Below are positions 37,566 to 45,673 of a stretch of DNA of 64,000 bases, in pieces. The position numbers and the translations under genes were made by a program. The DNA is from a virus: the IMG/VR virus record IMGVR_UViG_3300027804_003127. One strand, written 5' to 3'. The number at the start of each line of letters is the position of its first letter. The first letter of the stretch is position 1. The notes under the pieces are model-generated. The model searched no databases. It saw only the letters and a list, made by a program, of their open reading frames with translations, and was not told where the DNA came from.

Positions 37566-37973
37566 ATGATGCAGACGACGAATATCGCGCTAGATGTCAA
37601 GTCGAGTGCAGCCGCCGCAATCGTGAAGGAGATCGTTGAGCCTACCGAGGGCTTTACGAGCGGCAAGATCACGGTGGAGTTTGACTTCACCTGCGACAAG
37701 GGTGCAGACGAGACTTACACGGCTGTGCAGGAACTTTGCCCGTGGACTCTCGTGGCAGTCCTCATGTCGAAGATCAATGGAGTCACGCAGGATGTCGTTC
37801 TCGACATGATCCCCGAGATCATGGCTATGTCCGACAAGCAGCGCAAGGTGCTGCGCGAGACTCTCAAGGACACCACCACGCAGCGTCTTGAGGAGATGGG
37901 TGCGATGGTGCAGAAGGTGCGCGCTGGCAAGTGCCGTATCGAAGTGATCGGCTCTGCTACCGTGCAGAAGTAG
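37566..37973 (+). CDS. hypothetical protein
   Basis: motif + hairpin + AGAAAGG. Confidence 0.7.
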   Translation: MMQTTNIALDVKSSAAAAIVKEIVEPTEGFTSGKITVEFDFTCDKGADETYTAVQELCPWTLVAVLMSKINGVTQDVVLDMIPEIMAMSDKQRKVLRETLKDTTTQRLEEMGAMVQKVRAGKCRIEVIGSATVQK

Positions 37974-38063
37974 GACGAAAGATGGGGGAGGGGAGAAATC
38001 CTCTCCCCCGTCTTATTCCCGAAACCCGAAAACTGGAACGAAGTTAGGTCACAGGAGGCAACC

Positions 38064-38240
38064 ATGCGAATCCGAGAGTGTACCTGCGATAGTGGGGAAT
38101 GGGGTACTGAACAGTACGATGCAAGGGGTATCTACCTCTGCATTACCTGTCCCGAGTGTCACGATAAGAAGATGTCCGCTTATCGTCCTGAAGTCCTCAC
38201 AGACTCTAACTACGAGTGTTGTGAGGACATTGAACCGTAA
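38064..38240 (+). CDS. small Cys-rich protein
   Basis: CTCDSG...YDARGIYLCITCPEC; AGGAGG RBS. Confidence 0.65.
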   Translation: MRIRECTCDSGEWGTEQYDARGIYLCITCPECHDKKMSAYRPEVLTDSNYECCEDIEP

Positions 38241-38318
38241 GGCTCCCCGTCCCCGAAACCCGAAAACGGGGAAGCAGTTAGGTCATCAGCGGGGCAATCC
38301 CGCAGAAAGGACAGACGC

Positions 38319-38600
38319 ATGAGTTTCTACGCAAGCGACACGGGATGGGCAATCTCGTACAAGAACGGATGGTCGGTGTCCGTCAAGTTCAGCGAATCCC
38401 ACTATTCGGCGCAAGCCGCAGGAAAGTGGGTCAGCGCAGAAGTCGCGGTCTTTAGACCGAACGGCGACTTCTATCCCTTGACGGAGGATGACGATGTCAA
38501 GGGATGGCAGACTCCCGAAGAGGTCACGCAGATCATGCTGTGGGCTGAAAGTCAGCCCAATAGCAGCGGTGACTACAAGGTGGAATCTGTGTCCTACTGA
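38319..38600 (+). CDS. hypothetical protein
   Basis: NGWSVSV...AEVAV...DVKGW. Confidence 0.7.
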   Translation: MSFYASDTGWAISYKNGWSVSVKFSESHYSAQAAGKWVSAEVAVFRPNGDFYPLTEDDDVKGWQTPEEVTQIMLWAESQPNSSGDYKVESVSY

Positions 38601-38716
38601 ATACTGAAGGGGGGAAGGCGAAGCCTTCCCCCCTTCACCCCCCCGCCGCCCCCGAATCCCGAAAACTGGAGCGGGGTTAGGGTGTGGCGAGAACACTCGC
38701 AGAAAGGTTGGCGCAG

Positions 38717-38908
38717 ATGCACATTCAGTTGTTTGCCAAGAAGGACTGCAAGTTGTGCAAGGGCAAGGGCGAAGTTCAGGAACCGCACGGTGAGGTTCTT
38801 GACTGCGACTGCATCTACGATCAGTCTGCTTACACGGATGAGCAGATTGACGAGGCAATCGCGAAGGGTACGATTGAGATTGTTTCAGCCTACTGGGAGG
38901 GCAAATGA
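38717..38908 (+). CDS. small CxxCxGxG Zn-finger protein
   Basis: CKLCKGKG...CDC. Confidence 0.6.
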   Translation: MHIQLFAKKDCKLCKGKGEVQEPHGEVLDCDCIYDQSAYTDEQIDEAIAKGTIEIVSAYWEGK

Positions 38909-39216
38909 GCGAATACAACGGATGGAGTAGCCGCGCCACATGGAACATCGTCCTGTGGCTGACCAACGACGAGCGCGCTTACAACGCCGCTCGCGCTCGC
39001 ATCGGTGCTTTCGAGCAGCCGTTGAGCAAGGGTGACGCGCGACACATCGTGCAGTTCGCTCTTGGTCACATGACGCCCGATGGCGTCAAGACAAGCGATC
39101 CGACGATCTCTTGGGAAGAGATCCTTGAGACTTTGATCGAACTCTCCCCGAATCCCGAAAACGGGAGCGGGGTTGTGTCATCAGCGGCACAGCCGCAGAA
39201 GGGCAGCAACACATGA
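38905..39216 (+). CDS. conserved phage protein (YNGWxxxxTW family)
   Basis: YNGWSSRATWNIVLWLTNDE. Confidence 0.65.
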   Translation: MSEYNGWSSRATWNIVLWLTNDERAYNAARARIGAFEQPLSKGDARHIVQFALGHMTPDGVKTSDPTISWEEILETLIELSPNPENGSGVVSSAAQPQKGSNT

Positions 39217-39437
39217 GCGGAACTAGGACGATCACGAAGCGGTGCGTTCAGACGGGGAAGAACTACAGCGTCACCGTTGACGATGACGCATTCTTCAGGT
39301 GGGTCAACGGGGAACTCGCGCAGCGAGCGTTCCCGAACATGAATCCAGCCGATAGGGAGTTTCTCATCAGCGGAATCTCTCCCGAAGGTTGGCAGCAAAT
39401 CTTTGGAGACAAGGAAGAGGCAGATACGGGGGCGTAA
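39213..39437 (+). CDS. conserved small phage protein
   Basis: QRAFP...DREFLISGISPEGW. Confidence 0.7.
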   Translation: MSGTRTITKRCVQTGKNYSVTVDDDAFFRWVNGELAQRAFPNMNPADREFLISGISPEGWQQIFGDKEEADTGA

Positions 39438-39500
39438 GCCCCCGTTGTCTGCCTCCCGAATCCCGAAAACTGTAACGAAGTTAGGTCACAGGAGGCAACC

Positions 39501-39731
39501 ATGCGTAATCCCAAGAACGGACTGTGGGTAGTGACCTTTCATCAGGAGCATTGCTACGAGAGCGATGCCGCTACTGAATGGGGCGATGATGTCCCGTACA
39601 TCGAGAGCATTGTTGTGGACGCGAATAGCGATCACGATGCTCGCAAGAAGGCGAAGAACGCAATCGTTGCATACGGGAAGATCACGATTGTGAGCGCGTT
39701 CCCGATGACCTCAATCTTCCATCGCGCATAA
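39501..39731 (+). CDS. hypothetical protein
   Basis: AGGAGG RBS. Confidence 0.65.
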   Translation: MRNPKNGLWVVTFHQEHCYESDAATEWGDDVPYIESIVVDANSDHDARKKAKNAIVAYGKITIVSAFPMTSIFHRA

Positions 39732-39828
39732 AAAACGCGGGAATCAATAGAGCACCGCCCCCGAATCCAGAAAACTGGAGCGGGGTTAGGGTGTAAGCGG
39801 GGCAATCCCGCAGAAAGGCAGACTGAAC

Positions 39829-40239
39829 ATGAGTTATGGAGAAGATCGTCCTCTTGTTGGTATCAAGGGCATCGTGATCGCAGCATCCATCATCATTTCG
39901 TGCATCGGTGGGTGTACGATTGGCTATCCTCACTACAAGGTGTGGAGCGCCACGATGGATGGCGAAGCAGAGTACGCTCAAGCCGAGCAGAACCGCAGAA
40001 TCGCGGTTCTTGAAGCCGAAGCGGAACTACAGTCGGCAAAGGCACTTGCCGCTGCGGAAGTCGAGCGAGCGAAGGGTGTTGCTGAAGCCAACGCCATCAT
40101 TGGACAGAGCCTCAAGGACAACGAAGCGTACCTGCGCTGGCAGTGGATCAAGAACCTCGAAAGCGGTTCTAATAGCGTGATCTATGTTCCTACAGAAGCG
40201 GGGCTTCCCATCCTTGAAGCGGGGAAGCGAGACAAGTAA
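39829..40239 (+). CDS. SPFH/prohibitin-related membrane protein
   Basis: TM + AEVERAKGVAEAN...YLRW...IYVPTEAGLPILEA. Confidence 0.75.
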   Translation: MSYGEDRPLVGIKGIVIAASIIISCIGGCTIGYPHYKVWSATMDGEAEYAQAEQNRRIAVLEAEAELQSAKALAAAEVERAKGVAEANAIIGQSLKDNEAYLRWQWIKNLESGSNSVIYVPTEAGLPILEAGKRDK

Positions 40240-40364
40240 CCTTTCCGAAGAGGGCGCGCTCCACAGGGGGTGCGCCCTCTTTGTTTCGACGCCAGCCCCC
40301 GAATCCCGAAAACGGGAGCGGGGTTAGGGTGTAAGCGGGGCAATCCCGCAGAAAGGACAGACGC

Positions 40365-40673
40365 ATGAAGGAAGTCAGTCTTTCAGAGCGTCCCGCTGAT
40401 TACAGCGCGGACAACGGCAAGGGTGCGCCAACCCATGTCCAACTCAAGTCCACGAAGCGGTGGGTCAAGACTCCCGAGGGCTACCATCGTCGCCCAGAGG
40501 GATGGATGAGTCACATCTACTACAGGTGTGAGGATGGATACGAATGGATCGAGACTCCAAGCATCGACTTGCTTGAGGAATGGCAGTCGGATTGCGTGTG
40601 TGAGACTCCAACGGGTGAGATGGTCGAGCCTGACCATCCCCGTTCATGGTTGTTCATCCTGGGACTCATCTAA
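40365..40673 (+). CDS. hypothetical protein
   Basis: CETPTGEMVEPD...SWL. Confidence 0.65.
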   Translation: MKEVSLSERPADYSADNGKGAPTHVQLKSTKRWVKTPEGYHRRPEGWMSHIYYRCEDGYEWIETPSIDLLEEWQSDCVCETPTGEMVEPDHPRSWLFILGLI

Positions 40674-40867
40674 ACGAGCAATGTGCGGGGGGAGGGAGCG
40701 CTACCTCTCCCCGCACGAGACTGAAGCGCACCGCACCGTGCCGCACCGCGCTACTGAAGCGCACCGCACCGTGCCGCGCAAATGAAACGCCCCTCGCTCC
40801 CGAAACCAGAAAACGGGAGCGAGGGGCATACTCTTTAGCAACATAGTTGCTGGAAAGGTGGAGAGTA

Positions 40868-41095
40868 ATGGACGAATACGATGACTTCATCATCGGACCT
40901 CAATGCGAAGAGTTGTCCATCTATGTTGGCTACAACATCATGGACGAGGACGCTTGTGAGATTGATTGGTGCGTCGATTGTTGCGACGACGACGACGACG
41001 ACGACCATGACGACGACCATGATGGCGACCATGACGCGCCAAACCCACAATCCCCGCCCCCGAATCCCGAAAACGGGAGCGGGGTTAGGGTGTAA
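40868..41095 (+). CDS. Asp-rich small protein
   Basis: GGAG RBS; poly-Asp. Confidence 0.4.
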   Translation: MDEYDDFIIGPQCEELSIYVGYNIMDEDACEIDWCVDCCDDDDDDDHDDDHDGDHDAPNPQSPPPNPENGSGVRV

Positions 41096-41125
41096 GCGGG
41101 ACAATCCCGCAGAAAGGTTGGTGCG

Positions 41126-41449
41126 ATGACTCAAGCAGAACTCATCGCGAAGGTAGGGTTCGGATGTGGTGGTGATCGTGAAGAAATCCTGTTCCGTGCA
41201 GGGTATCGTCCGATCAGGTGGTCGCCGTTCAACCGCGACACGAAGGAGTTTGTGTCGTGGACGCGACTCGACCGCTCCGCAGAGGAAGAGGGAATCGCCT
41301 TCTGGCGTTCGCGCGAACTGCGGTCAGGATCGCGCCACTACCTTTCCACCTCCGATGCCACCATGCGTGGCGAGGACGGAAGTGGATGGACGCGCACCCG
41401 CGCTCTGCGGAACGCAGATGCGCTCCGATGGGAACGCGCAAGTCGGTGA
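41126..41449 (+). CDS. hypothetical protein, paralog of 44188
   Basis: GFGCxGD...FVSWTRLD. Confidence 0.65.
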   Translation: MTQAELIAKVGFGCGGDREEILFRAGYRPIRWSPFNRDTKEFVSWTRLDRSAEEEGIAFWRSRELRSGSRHYLSTSDATMRGEDGSGWTRTRALRNADALRWERASR

Positions 41450-41537
41450 ACAGCAATAGGGGGGAAGGGAGAGGCGAAGCCTCTCCCTTCCCCCCTCTCT
41501 TCCGAAACCCGAAAACGGGGAAAGAAAAGGAAAAACC

Positions 41538-41702
41538 ATGAAAACAATCTTCTTGCTTACGATCACCCTGCTCGCCGCATTCGCATTCAACGCTGGCATC
41601 ATGTGGTGCTGCGTTGAACTGTTCGGATGGAATCCCGCGATCATCGCTGGCGTGGTGGGAATGGGTCATGCTGCGAATGCTCTTGTGAAGAAACCAAAGT
41701 AG
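41538..41702 (+). CDS. small membrane protein
   Basis: hand-translated, hydrophobic. Confidence 0.5.
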   Translation: MKTIFLLTITLLAAFAFNAGIMWCCVELFGWNPAIIAGVVGMGHAANALVKKPK

Positions 41703-41794
41703 CACCGCACACCGCACACCGCACACCGCCCCCGAAACCCGAAAACTGGGACGCGGTTAGAGCGTAAGCGGCACAGCCGCAGAAAGGTGGTTCG

Positions 41795-41959
41795 ATGAAC
41801 AAGGGAATCCAAGACCAAGCGCGTCGAGCCAAAACGCTGGCTTGGCAGCGTGCGCGCGACATTCGCGCTGCGGGACGCATTGCGCGACCCGCTACTTGGG
41901 GCGGCAAGCCAACCGCCAAAGAGTCTCGCCGCGCATGGAATCAGCGCGGAGAGCATTGA
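41795..41959 (+). CDS. small basic protein
   Basis: motif + hairpin + AGAAAGG. Confidence 0.55.
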   Translation: MNKGIQDQARRAKTLAWQRARDIRAAGRIARPATWGGKPTAKESRRAWNQRGEH

Positions 41960-42036
41960 AGCACTCCAGCCCCCGAATCCCGAAAACTGGAACGGGGTTA
42001 GGGCATCAGCGGCACAGCCGCAGAAAGGTTGCGAAC

Positions 42037-42423
42037 ATGAGCATCAGCGCATGTCACATCAGCCGTGACGAGAATGAGGTCGCAGCGGAAATCGCCGCTG
42101 CAACGGCGAACATCCTCGCGGATTCGTCCGCTTGGATCGTCCTGACCCAAGTGATGGAGAACTACGGCGCCCATGCTTGGGATGGCAAGGGTGAGTGTCC
42201 GCAGTATTGGAAGGCGAAGGGCGGCAACGAGTATATCGTTCGCGGTTGCCGCACACACATCGAGGCTATGAGTCTCGTCGCCTCGCGCATGAGCAACAAC
42301 CATGCGTGGAGGGAGTTCCCCGTTGGCTCGCTCGAGCCTGCGGAGTGGATCAAGGACATCGAGGACTACGATGCGTCCTACAAGGCGCATCTCTTGAAGG
42401 GGATTCAAGAGATCAAGCGATAA
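42037..42423 (+). CDS. conserved phage protein (ENYGAHxWDGxGECPQYWKxKGG)
   Basis: motif recognisable from other phage early proteins. Confidence 0.7.
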   Translation: MSISACHISRDENEVAAEIAAATANILADSSAWIVLTQVMENYGAHAWDGKGECPQYWKAKGGNEYIVRGCRTHIEAMSLVASRMSNNHAWREFPVGSLEPAEWIKDIEDYDASYKAHLLKGIQEIKR

Positions 42424-42553
42424 CCTTTCCGAAGAGGGCGCGCTCCGCAAGGGGTGCGCCCTCTTTGTTTCGTTGCTCTTCCCGCTCCCGAAACCCGAAA
42501 ACTGGAGCGGGGTTAGGGCGTAAGCGGCACAGCCGCTAGAAAGGTTGACGAAC

Positions 42554-42676
42554 ATGGAAACTGTGCTCCAAGTCTGTTCGTGGATCGTCCTCACGGGCGT
42601 TGCCATGATTTGGCCAGGGTTTGCCCTAGTTTGTCTCGACTACATCGTTCAAGGGTTGAGGCGGCACAGCCGCTAG
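42554..42676 (+). CDS. small membrane protein
   Basis: AGAAAGG leader. Confidence 0.45.
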   Translation: METVLQVCSWIVLTGVAMIWPGFALVCLDYIVQGLRRHSR

Positions 42677-42690
42677 AAAGGTTGACGAAC

Positions 42691-42876
42691 ATGGATGAGA
42701 AGATTCGTGAACTGACGGATCAAGTGCAAAAACTCCTGAAGGAGAATGAAGATCTCCGAGGGGGAGTCGATGAGAGAGTCTGTGACCTTGTTGATGAGAA
42801 CAAGGATCTCAAGAGACAACTTGAGAAGGCGCGTATTGAGCGCGACCTACTCATGCGGATCGTGAAAGGCGCGTAG
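42691..42876 (+). CDS. small coiled-coil protein
   Basis: duplicated leader + RBS. Confidence 0.6.
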   Translation: MDEKIRELTDQVQKLLKENEDLRGGVDERVCDLVDENKDLKRQLEKARIERDLLMRIVKGA

Positions 42877-43035
42877 TACGCGCGCATACTACACGCTCCC
42901 GAATCCCGAAAACTTTGCGGCTCGACTTGCATCGGTCGCGCCGTGCATTGCACGAAACACTCCAACCCCCGAATCCAGAAAACTGGAGCGGGGTTAGAGC
43001 ACAAGCGGGACAATCCCGCAGAAAGGCAGATCAAC

Positions 43036-43509
43036 ATGGACAAGAACAAGCAGATTCAGGGACTCGCATCCGTCATCGCAACGAACCCCGCTCGCGCGGA
43101 GTTCGCGTCGTCGCTGCTCGCCGCGCTCGTCAAGGGCAGCGCGTCGGAGAAGCAGGTCGAGTGGATCGACCGCCTCATTGACGAGGCGCAGAACCCTGCG
43201 CCCGTGGTTGGCGATCTCGCCGCTCTCATCGAGGCGTTCCGCGCCTCGAAGGATCGGTTCCCCAAGATTCGGGGAACGGTTGACGGGATCGAGTGGACGA
43301 TCTCGTACACGCCCCGCGACAGCGCGAAGGCGAAGCCCGAGAATTGCGACACTTGCAACATCGCATCGGGCAAGTTCGGGCAACCAGACAATCGGTTCGC
43401 GGGGCGCATCCTCGCGGACGGGAGTTTCAAGGGGGGACGCGACCTGACCCCCGCAGTCGCGGAGTGGATCAAGTCGGTTGCGGAGAACCCGCAGCCGAAG
43501 GGCAAGTAA
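43036..43509 (+). CDS. hypothetical protein, paralog of 36128
   Basis: shared motifs. Confidence 0.7.
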   Translation: MDKNKQIQGLASVIATNPARAEFASSLLAALVKGSASEKQVEWIDRLIDEAQNPAPVVGDLAALIEAFRASKDRFPKIRGTVDGIEWTISYTPRDSAKAKPENCDTCNIASGKFGQPDNRFAGRILADGSFKGGRDLTPAVAEWIKSVAENPQPKGK

Positions 43510-43631
43510 ATCGCAGGGGGCGCGCTCCACAAGGGCGCGCCCCTATCTGCGTTTCAATCCCCGCTCCCGAATCCCGAAAACTGGAGCGGAGTTAGAGCGT
43601 AAGCGGCACAGCCGCAGAAAGGTTGGCGCAG

Positions 43632-43865
43632 ATGAAGGGACAGAACATGACGCTCGCCCAGCGCATCGCTTGGGCGAAGCAACTCAAGGCGCGCGAGGCG
43701 AACGCTCGCGCCGAGGCGGAGGCGCGCGCAGCGCGCATCGCACAGCAGCGCGAGGTCGCTGCGTCGGTCGCCGCCCACACCTATCAGGGTGGGTCGGGCG
43801 ACTCGCTGGGGTTCCTCATGCACCTCGCAGGGGTGCAGGGGGCGTCCTCGAACGCCCATCGCTAA
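43632..43865 (+). CDS. Ala-rich small protein
   Basis: cassette context. Confidence 0.55.
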   Translation: MKGQNMTLAQRIAWAKQLKAREANARAEAEARAARIAQQREVAASVAAHTYQGGSGDSLGFLMHLAGVQGASSNAHR

Positions 43866-44187
43866 CCGCAGGGGGGCGCGCTCCACAAGGGCGCGCCCCT
43901 ATCTGCGTTTCTCTCCCCGCTCCCGAATCCCGAAAACGGTAGCGGGGTTAGAGCAGTAGCGGCAAGTGTCGTTCGCAGGTAGAAGCGCGCCCCTAGACGC
44001 GCAGCACGCTACAGCGAACGGCAGGGTTCAGCGTGAACCTTGTGCCGTCAAACATAAACGCCGCAAGGGGGCGCGCTCCGCAAGGGGCGCGCCCCTATCT
44101 GCGTTTCTCTCCCCGCTCCCGAATCCCGAAAACGGTAGCGGGGTTAGAGCACAAGCGGGACAATCCCGCAGAAAGGTTGGTGCGCCC

Positions 44188-44469
44188 ATGAAGAGCGCAC
44201 ACGAACTGACCAGCCGAATGGGATTCGGCTGCAACGGCGACCACCGAGAGGTCGCCTATCGCGCGGGCGTCCGCGCGATCCGCCTCTCCCCGTTCGATGA
44301 CGGGGAGGGTACGCCGATCCACGATTTCGTGTCGTGGACGAGGCTCGACTCCCTCGCCGCGAGCGAGGGAGAGGCAGTAGCCTCCGCTTGGCGCATCCGC
44401 GCCGAGCGGGGTGACGGCACGCGCCAAGCCGTGCCAACAATCTTCGGCAAGTTGCCGAAGGGCAAGTAA
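44188..44469 (+). CDS. hypothetical protein, paralog of 41126
   Basis: shared motifs. Confidence 0.6.
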   Translation: MKSAHELTSRMGFGCNGDHREVAYRAGVRAIRLSPFDDGEGTPIHDFVSWTRLDSLAASEGEAVASAWRIRAERGDGTRQAVPTIFGKLPKGK

Positions 44470-44592
44470 ATCGCAGGGGGCGCGCTCCACAGGGGGCGCG
44501 CCCCTATTCTGCGTTTCTACTCCCGCTCCCGAATCACGAAAACTGGAGCGCGGTTAGAGCGCAAGCGGCACAGCCGCTAGAAAGGACAGAAC

Positions 44593-44835
44593 ATGACTGA
44601 AAAGGTTGAATGGACGCGCGAACGCGCGATCGCGCTGCTCTCGATGATCGAGAGCAACCACCCCGACCTGTCTGAAAAGACGGGTTGGGAAGATGAGAAC
44701 TGTCAGGTCGCCTATGTGGGCGGCCTGTTGTGGGCAGCCGCCCACGATGAGGCTGACCTCGACGGCCTCAAGTCGCGCCTCGCGCGCGCGCAGGCCGCAC
44801 GCGCCGCAAGGCGAGCGCGGTACGCAAACTGCTAA
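44593..44835 (+). CDS. hypothetical protein
   Basis: cassette context. Confidence 0.6.
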   Translation: MTEKVEWTRERAIALLSMIESNHPDLSEKTGWEDENCQVAYVGGLLWAAAHDEADLDGLKSRLARAQAARAARRARYANC

Positions 44836-44957
44836 CAGCAAAGGGACGCATCCCACAAGGGTGCGTCCCTTTGCTGCGTTTCAACCCCCGCTCCCGAATC
44901 CAGAAAACTGGAGCGCGGTTAGAGCACAAGCGGCACAGCCGCTAGAAAGGTGGTTCG

Positions 44958-45326
44958 ATGGAAGTTGTGATTGTCACGCGCCACGCGGCGCTGGTGCAGG
45001 TCCTCGCAGAGGACCATGGAATCACGGGTCGCGTCGTGGAGCACGCGCTCCCGACCGACGTGATCGGAAACATCGTCATCGGCGTGCTGCCGATGCACTT
45101 GGCTGCGAAGGCAGCCAAGGTCGGGACGCTCGTCCTCGACCTCCCCGCAGATTTGCGGGGAAAGGAGTTGACTGCCGCCGAAGTGCGGCAGTATACCACG
45201 AACCTTGAGTGGTTCGTGGTGAGGACGGAGGTCCAGCAGCAGTGGCTGCTGGACGACAGCAATCAGGCTGGCCTGCAGGGTTCGCTAGGTCGACTGGCGC
45301 AGGACATGGCTCCTGCGTCGGTGTGA
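44958..45326 (+). CDS. Csx16-like (VVA1548 family) protein
   Basis: IVTRH...VIGVLPMHLAA...LDLPxxLRGKELT. Confidence 0.7.
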   Translation: MEVVIVTRHAALVQVLAEDHGITGRVVEHALPTDVIGNIVIGVLPMHLAAKAAKVGTLVLDLPADLRGKELTAAEVRQYTTNLEWFVVRTEVQQQWLLDDSNQAGLQGSLGRLAQDMAPASV

Positions 45327-45673
45327 GAATAGGGGCGCGCTCCACAGGGGGCGCGCCCCTATTCTGCGTTTGTTTGGATGCGTCCAAACCAGCAGCGTCA
45401 ACTTGACCCAAGCGAGAGAAACGTTTAAACGCATACCCCCCACCTGGGGGTCTTTTTATAGGTAAAAACTGGCTGCTGGGGGATACCTTACGGGCTTCTG
45501 CGTTTGTTGTAATTTATGATGGATAAAAAAAAGGGGGGGTGTGAAAATTGAAATTTTTAATTATGAAGAAAAGGGATACCTTGGTGAATTGGGGTATTAA
45601 TGACATTATGAATTGATAGAAGGCGTTTAGCAGGTAATGCAATGATATGTAAATAACAAGGAGTAATGAGCTC

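Larger units (their letters stand above)
10365..44925 (+). promoter_or_regulatory. dispersed 33-bp motif CCCGAAWCCCGAAAACKGGARCGNGGTTAGRNY, ~41 copies; putative phage early promoter
   Basis: starts at about 10365,12843,14006,15301,16245,21290,22270,24492,26233,27833,29387,31372,32523,33246,34092,34967,35537,36548*,36838,37059,37505,38018,38252,38651,39147,39455,39760,40298,40799*,41059,41501*,41731,41972,42487,42898*,42968,43566,43922,44118,44528,44893 (*=3'-degenerate); all on + strand, nearly all upstream of genes. Confidence 0.85.
40250..45361 (+). terminator. repeated GC hairpin family GGGGCGCGCTCC(A/G)CA..GGG(C/T)GCGCCCCT closing cassettes
   Basis: copies near 40250, 42435, 43515, 43870, 44066, 44475, 44840 (variant), 45331. 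Confidence 0.65.

Noticed and set aside
10264-43966. ORF-track N-terminal extensions containing PNPENG/PETRK/RIPKTG peptides (10264, 13964, 26196, 31286, 37011, 41842, 42943, 43966) and 23636
   Set aside because: They translate the repeated DNA motif or a tRNA; starts were moved to downstream ATGs.
10365-44925. Integron attC sites (GTTAGRN resembles GTTRRRY)
   Set aside because: No consistent RYYYAAC inverse core or attC-length palindrome and no integrase seen; the fixed register to start codons fits a promoter better.
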